In this document: positions 39,509 through 49,550 of the stretch, in pieces
Layout of the letters: each line of letters begins with the position of its first letter
Position numbering within the stretch: position 1 is the stretch's first letter
Assembly (NCBI GenBank): GCA_045110285.1
Contig: JBGCGA010000013.1
Span: forward strand, 28,733-92,732
DNA from: Crocinitomicaceae bacterium
GTDB lineage: Bacteria; Bacteroidota; Bacteroidia; Flavobacteriales_D; Crocinitomicaceae
Length of the DNA: 64,000 bases
Direction of reading: 5' to 3'
Translations under genes and position numbers: made by a program
Notes under the pieces: model-generated
Databases searched by the model: none
What the model was told of the DNA's origin: nothing
What the model saw: only the letters and a program-made list of their open reading frames with translations

Positions 39509-39721
39509 TTAAAGTTCGTTTAATAAATTGTTTAATTGATTCGAAGTTTCTTCAATTTCATTTGCAGTTTGTTCTAATACTTCAGAAACTGAATCCATTT
39601 TATCTGCTTCTGCGTTTAGCATTTCTGCCTCTGCTTCTTCTTTGGCTGCTTTTTCTGCATCACCGCTTCCACAGCTCACCATTAGAGCAGCTGCAAATAG
39701 CATTACTATTACTTTTTTCAT
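39509..39721 (-). CDS. Small acidic coiled-coil lipoprotein
   Basis: MKKVIVMLFAAALMVSC lipobox from 39721; TACATTTG box at 39746-39753. Confidence 0.8.
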   Translation of the reverse strand: MKKVIVMLFAAALMVSCGSGDAEKAAKEEAEAEMLNAEADKMDSVSEVLEQTANEIEETSNQLNNLLNEL

Positions 39722-40052
39722 TTTTGGTTGTTTAAATATGTGATACAAATGTATTTATTATTTATTACAAAAAACTCGTATGGTAAAACAAGTCGTTTTC
39801 TTTGGTTTATTTAGTATCAGTGTCATAATCTACTACTGTTAAGATAAAAACTATAGCATCAATACATTACTTCATTTAAACCTATGCTGTTTTGAATGAC
39901 AATCCAAAGAAAAAGTGACAGGCAAGCCTTACCACACACAAAGTAAATTAAAATCGACAAAGCACCATTATCAATGAGAAAAGGTTCAATAAACTATAGT
40001 TATCAACAAGATTTAAACTTTTAGTCATGTTCCAAAATATTTAAGTTTACTT

Positions 40053-40067
40053 TGGAATGTCATTTGC
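40053..40067 (+). promoter_or_regulatory. Putative sigma54 promoter of the nuclease/nucleotidase operon
   Basis: TGGAATGTCATTTGC (GG-N10-GC). Confidence 0.45.
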
Positions 40068-40103
40068 TCAGCTGCTTGCAAATTGACAGATGAAAACCAC
40101 ATT

Positions 40104-41159
40104 ATGACTTATTTTTTTAATACCAAATTGGTAGCACTTACTGTTTTTACTGCGCTATTTATAAATACTTTAACTGCTCAAAATAAAGAGGAAATGCATG
40201 TGGCGTGTGTTGGTTTTTACAATGTAGAAAACCTATTTGACACCATTGACCATGCAAACGTAAGAGATTGGGAATATACCCCAGATGGCAAAAACAAATG
40301 GAATTATGCAAAGTATACTGAAAAACTGAAAAATTTGTCAATCGTCATCAATGATATGGCTAAAGAAACGACTCCAGATGGAGTGGCTATCTTGGGTGTT
40401 TCTGAGGTTGAAAATAAAGGGGTGCTCGAAGACTTAGTAAAAGAACCCCTGATAAAAGACAGAAAGTATGAGATTGTACATTATGATTCGCCAGACAGAA
40501 GGGGAATAGATGTTGCTTTACTTTATCAATCCAAGTATTTTAAAATAAAGAATTCAGTCTCTCACAAATTGATTTTTGAAGATAAACCGGATTACTTAAG
40601 TCGCGATCAATTAGTAGTTACCGGAGATTTATTAAATGAAGAAGTAAGTATTATTGTCTGCCATTGGCCCAGTAGAAGCGGCGGGCAATTAGCTTCGGAA
40701 ACTCGGAGAATTCAAGCAGCTAAACTGAGTAGACAAATTATTGATAGTCTGTTTTCAATTAATCCGAAAGCCAAAATAATACTACTGGGTGATCTAAATG
40801 ATGATCCCATCAACAAGAGTTTAAAAAACTATCTAATTGCTAAGGGAAACCAATCGAAAGTGAAAGATGGCATGCTTTTTAACCCAATGTTTGCAATCTA
40901 TAAAGAAGGAATTGGATCTCTGGCTTGGGGAAATAGTTGGTACTTATTTGATCAGATTTTGGTAACTAAATCTTTTTTAGGAACCGATTATACTTCATTA
41001 AAGTATTACAAAGCTACTGTTTTTAACAAACCTTATATGTTGCAATCAGAAGGCAGGTATAAAGGCTATCCAAAAAGAACAACTGCTGGGGGAAAATATT
41101 TAGGAGGCTATTCTGATCATTTACCAGTATACCTGACCTTACTTAAATATTTGAAATAA
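40104..41159 (+). CDS. Exported endonuclease/exonuclease/phosphatase (EEP) family protein
   Basis: FYNVENLFD, SEVEN, RGIDVAL, HWPSR, GDLND, YSDHLP; signal peptide LTA-Q. Confidence 0.92.
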   Translation: MTYFFNTKLVALTVFTALFINTLTAQNKEEMHVACVGFYNVENLFDTIDHANVRDWEYTPDGKNKWNYAKYTEKLKNLSIVINDMAKETTPDGVAILGVSEVENKGVLEDLVKEPLIKDRKYEIVHYDSPDRRGIDVALLYQSKYFKIKNSVSHKLIFEDKPDYLSRDQLVVTGDLLNEEVSIIVCHWPSRSGGQLASETRRIQAAKLSRQIIDSLFSINPKAKIILLGDLNDDPINKSLKNYLIAKGNQSKVKDGMLFNPMFAIYKEGIGSLAWGNSWYLFDQILVTKSFLGTDYTSLKYYKATVFNKPYMLQSEGRYKGYPKRTTAGGKYLGGYSDHLPVYLTLLKYLK

Positions 41160-41164
41160 ATCAA

Positions 41165-41920
41165 ATGAAATTATTCCCTATTTTTCTAATTATATTGGTT
41201 AGCTGTCAACCTACAGGACAGTTATATGATGTACAAGGGGAAAATTTAATCATCTCTGACACCAGTCGTTTTGATGCCAAACTCAATCAATTGGTTCTGC
41301 CCTATCGCCAGAAAATGGAAGATGAAATGAATACTATAATTGGGCAAGCAGTTTCAACACTAAAAAATAGTAAAACAGACAGAGAGTCTGACTTGGGAAA
41401 CTGGATGGCTGACGTTATTTTTGAAACAGGTATAAATTACCTGCAGTCTAACAATACAGAGATTAAAAATGAGCATTGCTTTTCATTAATCAACAAGGGA
41501 GGAATAAGAGCGCCCATTAATAGCGGCCCAATTACAGTTGGTAATATTTATGAAGTAATGCCATTCAATAATGAAATTGTAGTAGTTACACTAGAACCAA
41601 TAAAAGTAAAAGAAATTTTAGAGTATTTGTACATTCAAAATGGCCAACCTGTGAGTAATGTAATCATTGAATTGTCAGAAAAAATGAAGTCAATTTCCAT
41701 TAACAGTAAAGAATATACATTCGAATCTCCCATATTTATAATAACATCAGACTATTTAGCCAAGGGCGGCGATAATATGGACTTCTTCGATAATCCAATT
41801 TCTATTTCTCAAACTGGCACTCTATTTAGAGACGCAATACTAGAAAAAGTTCAACACGAAAAAAAAATTGCTGCACCTGCAAATACAAACCGAATTCAAT
41901 TCATGGAAAGTTATGAATAG
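41165..41920 (+). CDS. 5'-nucleotidase C-terminal (substrate-binding) domain lipoprotein
   Basis: Lipobox LVSC; NKGGIRA, EVMPFNN, TSDYLAKGGD. Confidence 0.9.
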   Translation: MKLFPIFLIILVSCQPTGQLYDVQGENLIISDTSRFDAKLNQLVLPYRQKMEDEMNTIIGQAVSTLKNSKTDRESDLGNWMADVIFETGINYLQSNNTEIKNEHCFSLINKGGIRAPINSGPITVGNIYEVMPFNNEIVVVTLEPIKVKEILEYLYIQNGQPVSNVIIELSEKMKSISINSKEYTFESPIFIITSDYLAKGGDNMDFFDNPISISQTGTLFRDAILEKVQHEKKIAAPANTNRIQFMESYE

Positions 41921-42818
41921 ACGGCAGTTTTTAAATAGTGTTTTAATAGGAACAGCTGGCTATTCATTAGTGTCGGCCTCGAAAGCCAAAATCAAAAAGC
42001 TGACTATACTGCATACAAACGATACACATTCTCGCATTGACCCATTCCCTGACAATGACAGTAATTATCCAGGTCAAGGTGGAATTTTTGCACGACAAAA
42101 AGCGATTGAAAAAGTTAAAGCTGAATCAGATCATGTTTTATTATTAGACGCGGGAGATATTTTTCAAGGCACACCCTATTTCAATCTATACGGAGGCAAA
42201 GTTGAACTTGAAGCCATGTCGGCTTTAGGTTATGATGCTGCCACAATGGGTAATCATGATTTTGATGGCGGTTTAGATGGGTTTAAAAAAGCGCTAAAAT
42301 TCGCTAGATTCCCATTTATTTGCTCGAATTACGATTTTTCTAAAACTGTTTTAAAAAACAAAACCATTCCTTATAAAATCATTCGTAAAGGAAAATTAAA
42401 AATTGGAATATTAGGAATAGGTGTTGCTTTGGATGGACTAGTAAGCCCAGAGCTATTTCAAGAAACAGTTTATCAAGATCCTTTTACAACAGCTCAAAAA
42501 TATGCCAATTTGCTTAGACATGACTTAAAATGCAATCTTGTGATCTGTCTATCCCATCTCGGATATAAACAACCTAATCAGATTGATGATATTAATTTAG
42601 CTAAAATTACAAGTAGTATTGATCTAATCATTGGCGGACACAGCCACACTTTTATGACAAAGCCCGAATACCATATAAATAAGATTGGTAAGCAAGTATT
42701 AATTAATCAAGCAGGGTGGGCTGGATTACAGCTTGGTAAAATAGAATTGTACTTCAACGAAGACGAAGAAAACCAAACATGGTCAAATCATAGTACCGAA
42801 TTAAACATTACAGTTTAA
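41913..42818 (+). CDS. 5'-nucleotidase N-terminal metallophosphoesterase domain with a Tat signal
   Basis: MNRRQFL twin-Arg from 41913; HTNDTHS, DAGD, GNHDFD, SHLG, GGHSH. Confidence 0.9.
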   Translation: MNRRQFLNSVLIGTAGYSLVSASKAKIKKLTILHTNDTHSRIDPFPDNDSNYPGQGGIFARQKAIEKVKAESDHVLLLDAGDIFQGTPYFNLYGGKVELEAMSALGYDAATMGNHDFDGGLDGFKKALKFARFPFICSNYDFSKTVLKNKTIPYKIIRKGKLKIGILGIGVALDGLVSPELFQETVYQDPFTTAQKYANLLRHDLKCNLVICLSHLGYKQPNQIDDINLAKITSSIDLIIGGHSHTFMTKPEYHINKIGKQVLINQAGWAGLQLGKIELYFNEDEENQTWSNHSTELNITV

Positions 42819-42904
42819 CTGTATAATTTGATATTTTGGTTGAAAAGTAATCTTTAGTTCAATAATTGACTTAAATGCTTATTTTTGTTTATAAAAAAAA
42901 TAAA

Positions 42905-43330
42905 ATGAAGACTTTAAAATACGCAATAATATATTTAACATTCAGCTTATTATCATGTAATTCTGAAAATGAACATGAAATTACGACAGAAAATGAAGAA
43001 AACACCGTTAAGACTGATAGCCAATCAAATATAGCTAAAGACGTTTCTCCAGACGAGTTTAAAAACTTAATATCAATAGGAAATTATCAATTAGTTGATG
43101 TTAGGACAGAGGAAGAATATGAAGCCGGAACAATTGAGGATGCAATTAATATTGATGTTTTAAAAGAAAATTTTGCTGATGAAATAAGTCGTCTGGAAAC
43201 AACTAAACCTATATTGGTATTTTGCAAGTCAGGTGGAAGAAGTTCTAGAGCAATGAAAGAATTATCAGAATCTGGATTTAAAGAAGTTTACAATCTTATT
43301 GGCGGATATTCAGGTTGGCCTAAACAATAA
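42905..43330 (+). CDS. Rhodanese-like domain lipoprotein
   Basis: Lipobox LLSC; DVRT.EEY..G.I, CKSGGRS, LIGGY..W. Confidence 0.88.
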   Translation: MKTLKYAIIYLTFSLLSCNSENEHEITTENEENTVKTDSQSNIAKDVSPDEFKNLISIGNYQLVDVRTEEEYEAGTIEDAINIDVLKENFADEISRLETTKPILVFCKSGGRSSRAMKELSESGFKEVYNLIGGYSGWPKQ

Positions 43331-43343
43331 CTCAGGGAATCGA

Positions 43344-45827
43344 TTGAGCGAGAGAATTACCTATTTTGCAGATGTAATATTGCCGTTAAGTATTCCCAAT
43401 ACTTACACGTACAGGATTCCCTTTGAATTAAATAATCAAATTGCTGACGGAAAGCGAGTAATTGTACCGCTTGGGAAAAGTAAATTTTATACTGGAATAG
43501 TTAAAAAACTTCATCAAACAGTACCTCAAAACTATCAAGTAAAATATATTGAAACCATATTAGATGATGGCCCAATTGTAACCCCTCAACAACTTGAGTT
43601 GTGGGAATGGATTTCTGAATATTACATGGCTGATATTGGTGATGTAATGAATGCAGCCTTACCTAGCAATTTTAAATTAGCAAGTGAAACCATAATTTGC
43701 TTGCACCCTGAATATAATGAAGTATACAGTAGTTTAACAGATAAAGAGTTTTTAATCATTGAAGCGTTAGAAGTGCAGCATGAGCTCACTCTTAAAGAAA
43801 TTGCTGAAATTATTCAGATAAAGACCATACAGCCTATAATAAAACAGTTAATCGAAAAAAAAGCTGCCATTGTTAGCGCTGAGTTAAAAGCAAAATACGC
43901 CCCTAAATTTGTCAGTTTTGTCAAAATTGGGAAGAGCTACTTAACTGAAGATGCGCTTTCATTAACCTTAAACGAACTAGAAAAAAATAAAAGGGCTGAA
44001 GGACAAGTCAAAGTGTTGCTGAAAACAATACAGTTAACTAATTGGAGTGACAGCACACAAACACCTATCTTAAAAAGGGAATTATTGCAACATGATATTT
44101 CAGAGTCTTCTTTAATGACTTTGGCAAAAAAAGGTATTGTAGAAATATTTAGTGCCGAGGTGTCGCGTTTGGCGCTAAAAAATGACGAATTATCAGAAAT
44201 AAAAGATTTGTCTGTGGCTCAGAATAGAGCGCTGAAGGAAATAGAACGGAGTTTCGAAACCCATAACATATCGCTTTTACATGGTGTTACTTCTTCAGGA
44301 AAGACCGAAATTTATGTAAAATTAATTGAAAAAGCACTTGAAAAAGGAGAGCAAGTATTGTATTTACTTCCTGAAATTGCCTTAACAACACAACTAATTA
44401 CCAGATTGAAAGCGTATTTCGGAAATTTAGTTGGTGTTTACCACAGTAAATTTAATCAGAATGAGCGCATTGAAATATGGCAGCAAATTCTAAATAATAG
44501 TCAAAGGCAGTACAGGGTTGTCGTTGGAGCGAGATCTTCCGTCTTCTTACCTTTTCAAAAATTAGGGTTAGTGATTGTAGATGAAGAACATGAAAATTCT
44601 TTTAAGCAGTATGACCCTTCTCCGCGCTATAATGCTAGAGATGTATCCATTGTTTTAGCAAAACAACACAAAGCAAAAGTACTTTTAGGCTCAGCCACGC
44701 CAGCTATTGAATCGTACTATAATGCTGTTGAAGGAAGATATGGTTTGATTGATCTTCATGAGCGCTATGGAGGCGTTCAGTTACCAGAAATACAATGTGC
44801 TAATCTTGAAAAAGAAACGAAGCAAAAGTCAATGAAATCTCACTTTTCATCATTTTTAATGACAGAAATGGAGGAAGCATTGGAGCGAAAGGAACAAATT
44901 ATTCTATTTCAAAACAGAAGAGGATACACGCCTATTTGGACTTGCGAACAATGCCACTGGACCCCTCAGTGCAAAAACTGTGATGTTTCTCTGACTTACC
45001 ACAAAGCAATCAATGTTTTGAAGTGCCATTATTGCGGATACTTCTTAACACCTCCGTCCTCTTGCGGCGCCTGTGGCAGTAGAAAACTTAAAATGCTAGG
45101 ATTTGGTACTGAAAAAATTGAAGATGAACTCGCTATCTATTTCCCAGAAATCAAAATTAAACGTCTTGACTTAGATTCAACCCGAGCTAAAAACGCTTAT
45201 CAAACCATTATTTCTGAATTTGAAGGACGAGAAATTGATGTGTTAATTGGTACACAAATGGTAACAAAAGGACTAGATTTTGATAATGTTGGGCTTGTCG
45301 GTGTACTAAGCGCTGATCAGATGCTTAAATTCCCAGATTTTAGAGCTTTTGAGCGATCTTACCAATTAATGAGTCAAGTAGCAGGAAGGGCCGGAAGAAA
45401 GGCTAAAAGAGGAAAAGTTATTGTGCAAAGCTTTGAGCCTAATCACTGGATTATTCAAAAGGTAATGGCTCATGATTATATTGGAATGTATACCCAAGAA
45501 CTTTTAGAGCGCAGAAATTTCAATTATCCGCCTTTTTATCGGGTCATATCTATTCAATTACGGCACAAAGATCGAAATACACTTGAGGTAGCTTCACATG
45601 ATTTGGGTAGCCAACTAAGAAATGTGTTCAAAGATAGATTGCAAGGACCCGAATCGCCAACCATTGGAAGAGTTAGAAATTATTTTTTAAAGAATATTAC
45701 CATTAAATTTGAACGAACTGCCAGTCCAGGGAAAGTGAAAAAAGTAATTAAAGAAAAAATAGATGCATTTTTGTCTCAACACGATTATCGATCGGTGAGA
45801 GTCGTAATTGATGTTGATCCACAATAA
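43344..45827 (+). CDS. priA: Primosomal protein N' (helicase)
   Basis: HGVTSSGKTE, DEEHE, GSATP, NRRGY, four CxxC pairs, GTQM, QVAGRAGR, DVDP; probable TTG start at 43344. Confidence 0.96.
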   Translation: MSERITYFADVILPLSIPNTYTYRIPFELNNQIADGKRVIVPLGKSKFYTGIVKKLHQTVPQNYQVKYIETILDDGPIVTPQQLELWEWISEYYMADIGDVMNAALPSNFKLASETIICLHPEYNEVYSSLTDKEFLIIEALEVQHELTLKEIAEIIQIKTIQPIIKQLIEKKAAIVSAELKAKYAPKFVSFVKIGKSYLTEDALSLTLNELEKNKRAEGQVKVLLKTIQLTNWSDSTQTPILKRELLQHDISESSLMTLAKKGIVEIFSAEVSRLALKNDELSEIKDLSVAQNRALKEIERSFETHNISLLHGVTSSGKTEIYVKLIEKALEKGEQVLYLLPEIALTTQLITRLKAYFGNLVGVYHSKFNQNERIEIWQQILNNSQRQYRVVVGARSSVFLPFQKLGLVIVDEEHENSFKQYDPSPRYNARDVSIVLAKQHKAKVLLGSATPAIESYYNAVEGRYGLIDLHERYGGVQLPEIQCANLEKETKQKSMKSHFSSFLMTEMEEALERKEQIILFQNRRGYTPIWTCEQCHWTPQCKNCDVSLTYHKAINVLKCHYCGYFLTPPSSCGACGSRKLKMLGFGTEKIEDELAIYFPEIKIKRLDLDSTRAKNAYQTIISEFEGREIDVLIGTQMVTKGLDFDNVGLVGVLSADQMLKFPDFRAFERSYQLMSQVAGRAGRKAKRGKVIVQSFEPNHWIIQKVMAHDYIGMYTQELLERRNFNYPPFYRVISIQLRHKDRNTLEVASHDLGSQLRNVFKDRLQGPESPTIGRVRNYFLKNITIKFERTASPGKVKKVIKEKIDAFLSQHDYRSVRVVIDVDPQ

Positions 45828-46543
45828 TGAAACAATTTAAATCTGCCATACAAGTTACAATTCTAATTATATGGACAATTACGATTATTGCTATAACCAT
45901 GGTTGCTTTAATTATTACATTTTACCCACCATGGGTTCTCGTGATTGTGCGAAAAGTATGGGCTCCATTTATATTATTTGTGGTGGGAATTAAATTAAAG
46001 GTGGAAGGAACTGAACATATAGATGAAACTCAAAATTATATCATTATGGCTAATCATACGTCATATTTAGATGTTCCAATTTTACTTTGTGCATACCCTA
46101 AAAACATATATTTTGTTGCAAAAAGGGAATTAATTTGGGTTCCATTTTTTGGATGGATGATGTGGTTATTAGGAATGGTTTTTATTGACAGATCAAACCC
46201 TAAACGGTCGGTCAGAAGCATGAAAATAGCAGCACTAAAACTTAAATCAGGTAAAAATGTTTTGGTTTTCCCTGAAGGAACTTTTGATGACAGTGGCAAC
46301 ATGTTACCTTTTAAAAAAGGAACTTTTCATATAGCTGTTAAGGCAAAAATGACAATACTACCAGTTGGAATTATAGGCGGACATGCATTGTGGCCACACG
46401 GAAATTTTTTTAATTTAAGAAACGGAAAAGTGACCGTAAGATTTGGGGCACCCTTTAAACAGGAAGAAGAGGATGATATTAAAGCTATCAATTCACTAAA
46501 AAATCGATCAGAAAAAATAGTCAATAATTTAATAAAACATTAA
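45827..46543 (+). CDS. 1-acyl-sn-glycerol-3-phosphate acyltransferase (PlsC family)
   Basis: NHTSYLD, FIDR, FPEGT, PFKKG. Confidence 0.92.
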   Translation: MKQFKSAIQVTILIIWTITIIAITMVALIITFYPPWVLVIVRKVWAPFILFVVGIKLKVEGTEHIDETQNYIIMANHTSYLDVPILLCAYPKNIYFVAKRELIWVPFFGWMMWLLGMVFIDRSNPKRSVRSMKIAALKLKSGKNVLVFPEGTFDDSGNMLPFKKGTFHIAVKAKMTILPVGIIGGHALWPHGNFFNLRNGKVTVRFGAPFKQEEEDDIKAINSLKNRSEKIVNNLIKH

Positions 46544-47805
46544 AGACTGCTGCGCTTAAAAAATGTTGTTGCAAAAAAACCACAAAGTGCAAAAACTGCA
46601 CAAAGAGCAAAAACATACTGATGACCAAGTTCACCAGGATTATTATCTAACAGACTCCCCATTAACGGTCCTACAAAAATGTCAGGCGTATAGCCAATAA
46701 AAGAAATTACTCCAACTGCAGTTCCTGTTAAGGCCAATGGCACGTTTGCTTGCTCCAGTACTGCAAAATAAAGCGACCGGACTACATATACTCCAAGCGA
46801 AGTGACTGAAATGCTGACAAAGAAAAAGACGGCCAAATTAGGCCCAAGAATACCCGAAGCAATAATTGCAGAACCAAAAGCAATCATGATAAATCCAATT
46901 TTCATAATTAAAACTGGCTTTGTTTTATCTGCTAAAAACCCTATGCTAAATCCTACTATTGCTCTGCCTAGCAAAAGTGCCGTACCAATTTTTGCTGATT
47001 GAATCTCGTTATACATCATAACTTCCTTGGCATAAAGCGAATAGTAATCGGTTATTTTATAGCCTGTATAAGCACATAAAATGATAATCATTAACCACCA
47101 AACGGGAGATAGTTTAAGTACATTGACAAAGCTAGAAATCGAAAATGCTTTAGAATCTGATAATGTTTCCTTTTCATTTTTTTGTCTCATAAAAAACAAA
47201 ACTAAAAGTCCTACAGCGGCCACAAATAATGAGGTGACCAGAATAACATTGCGAAAAGCAGACTTCCGCTCAACAAGCGTCAGGTCATTAATATCGGCCG
47301 GCAAAGCTCTATTTAGAAAGAATGAAAAAACAAATACACCAAGTAAGGCAAAAGAAACCGATACAAGGCCTCGCCCTCCATCTAACAGTCCAAAAGCTCG
47401 TCCTTGCTTATTGGTTCCTCCCCATACTCTAGTGGCCTTTATCATGGCGCTCCAAAATAGAAAAATTGTAGTAAAACCAAAAAAGCCGTAAACATACTTC
47501 ATTACCGTGTACCCAGGAAAAACAGCCATCACAAAGCCTCCAAGCGCCGTTAGAAGCAGAGCTGTGGACATCAACTCATGTGATAAATATTTATCTGCCA
47601 ATCTTCCGCCAAATAAATATGAAAAAAGAGCCACTATGCCATATATAGACATGCATATTCCTAGCTCATAATTTGATAATCCAAAAGCTGCCAAAAAAGT
47701 AGGCTTAAATACTCGTGCAATCACAAAAGGTAAAACAAATATGGCTTCTCCTGCTACAATTAGAAGTATGATAATATGTAAAGGAGATTTTTGACTAACC
47801 GACAT
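46540..47805 (-). CDS. MFS transporter
   Basis: GGRLADKY motif A, QGRAFG; about 12 TM helices. Confidence 0.9.
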   Translation of the reverse strand: MSVSQKSPLHIIILLIVAGEAIFVLPFVIARVFKPTFLAAFGLSNYELGICMSIYGIVALFSYLFGGRLADKYLSHELMSTALLLTALGGFVMAVFPGYTVMKYVYGFFGFTTIFLFWSAMIKATRVWGGTNKQGRAFGLLDGGRGLVSVSFALLGVFVFSFFLNRALPADINDLTLVERKSAFRNVILVTSLFVAAVGLLVLFFMRQKNEKETLSDSKAFSISSFVNVLKLSPVWWLMIIILCAYTGYKITDYYSLYAKEVMMYNEIQSAKIGTALLLGRAIVGFSIGFLADKTKPVLIMKIGFIMIAFGSAIIASGILGPNLAVFFFVSISVTSLGVYVVRSLYFAVLEQANVPLALTGTAVGVISFIGYTPDIFVGPLMGSLLDNNPGELGHQYVFALCAVFALCGFFATTFFKRSSL

Positions 47806-47849
47806 TGTGAATTTTTGACATAGCTTGCACTACTTAACTAACTCATATT

Positions 47850-49376
47850 TTAATTAAGTAATTGTATAGCTTCTGTAAAATCTATTCGTTTCAATTTACT
47901 GTAAACCCAAGCTTTAATATTAAAGTACTCAAGAATTACTTGCTCGTTTGGCAATTTTAATAAAATATCTATTTCTTTATAAAATGCTGTGAAAATTTCC
48001 TTTTTACCTACATTACTCTCCTCTTTCGATAATTTTTTTATAAATTTTATAAATACTTTTTCAATCTGGTAGTCTTTTTCTTTTTTCCCCAAAAACCTTG
48101 AGGTTGACTTCACCTCGTATTCAACAAAATCATAATTTCCCAGTTCGTAATGAATAATTAAATTGAAAATTCTTGAAAAACTATAAATATCCTGTCGAAG
48201 CTTTTTTTCATTATCATTCAACATTTTATTAACGATCTTTAATGAAGCTTTGTAATTGCCAATACCAAACAATGTGTATGCCTTGCTGTAATCTAAAAGC
48301 AGAACTTTTTCTTTTGTGAGCTTATTACTATATGCTTCCAACATACTATCAACCGATTCACATAATTTTTGAGCTTTTTCAAAATCTCCTTTTCTATTAT
48401 ATAATTGTATTTCTCCCACACCAATTGAAGAGTAAATTTTCACTTTCGAATCAATACTATCATATCCCTTTTGCTTAGATAAATCGTGTATTTCATTTAA
48501 AAACTTTTGAGCATTTTCAAAATCATTCTGATCAATGTAACAGTTTAATAAAAATGTAAGCGTTGAAATATATCTGCTCTGCAAATCCTGCTTGATATCT
48601 GGATTTTTATCCATCACCATTTTAACTTTTCTAAAGTTTATTATTGCGTCTTCATAGTCCCTAATACTCGCTGCGCACAGTCCTTTGATATAATAACAAA
48701 TAGAGGTTGCTCGAACTGACAATGCTGTGTTTTTTCCCTTTATTAAATGGTAGTCAGCAATTCCTTCAACAATCTTTCGTTCCTCATCATTTCTTGAAAA
48801 CCCGCCACTTTTAAATATCAAGTTGATCCGAGAATAAAGGATTTGATACTCTGCTAAATTTCTTAATTTTTCAATCACTTCAGCTTCCTCTTCAATAAGT
48901 TGGTTGATATCCTGCGAAAACACTCCTTCCTCATAAGCCTCTTCTAAAAGTTTACGTTCCCAACTAATTAACTCAAACCAATAGTAAAACTTTTCATATT
49001 GCTTAGCAATTCTTTTAGCACGTTTTACAAATTTTGAACACTCCTTATATAAAGCTTTTTTGTGTAAAATTTCAACATTTTTTATTTCTTGCTTTAATTG
49101 AGCGCTTACATTTTGCTCAGAATAAAATGCCCGAAGACTTTTCAAAATTAGTTTATACAGATGATTTTTCTCGGAAGGTAAATGATCGACAAACACTTCT
49201 CCTTTAAAATGAGATTTTAAGTCTTCCTCATCATACTTTTTTTGTTTCTCTATGAAGTCAAAAATCTTGATGTAATTTTTCTCTCCTGATTGCAATGTAG
49301 AGTTTAGCTTGAAAAACCGCTTTTCTGACTTAGTTAACGTTTCAATTAAATTAAATAGCTCGTTTGATGGTTTCAT
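47850..49376 (-). CDS. Uncharacterised all-helical cytoplasmic protein with TPR-like repeats
   Basis: 508 aa with no signal peptide or TM; N-terminal LFNLIETLTKSEKRFFK; TPR-like segments YEDAI and GNYKASL, and LIIHYELGN. Confidence 0.85.
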   Translation of the reverse strand: MKPSNELFNLIETLTKSEKRFFKLNSTLQSGEKNYIKIFDFIEKQKKYDEEDLKSHFKGEVFVDHLPSEKNHLYKLILKSLRAFYSEQNVSAQLKQEIKNVEILHKKALYKECSKFVKRAKRIAKQYEKFYYWFELISWERKLLEEAYEEGVFSQDINQLIEEEAEVIEKLRNLAEYQILYSRINLIFKSGGFSRNDEERKIVEGIADYHLIKGKNTALSVRATSICYYIKGLCAASIRDYEDAIINFRKVKMVMDKNPDIKQDLQSRYISTLTFLLNCYIDQNDFENAQKFLNEIHDLSKQKGYDSIDSKVKIYSSIGVGEIQLYNRKGDFEKAQKLCESVDSMLEAYSNKLTKEKVLLLDYSKAYTLFGIGNYKASLKIVNKMLNDNEKKLRQDIYSFSRIFNLIIHYELGNYDFVEYEVKSTSRFLGKKEKDYQIEKVFIKFIKKLSKEESNVGKKEIFTAFYKEIDILLKLPNEQVILEYFNIKAWVYSKLKRIDFTEAIQLLN

Positions 49377-49550
49377 AATGAATTAGGAATTCAATAATTG
49401 GTTGGACTAATTTACTCTAAAAAACGATATAAAATTATATGATAAATAAAAATTTTTCCTCATTTTAAATAAAAGTAACCAGTGTTAATAATTCAATATC
49501 TTTCGCACTATTGAACTTTTTGGGGTGAAAAATGATTTTAGAGATACAAT

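Noticed and set aside
41165-42818. Split 5'-nucleotidase read as a frameshifted pseudogene
   Set aside because: The domain order is reversed relative to UshA and each half has its own export signal, so the split is genuine
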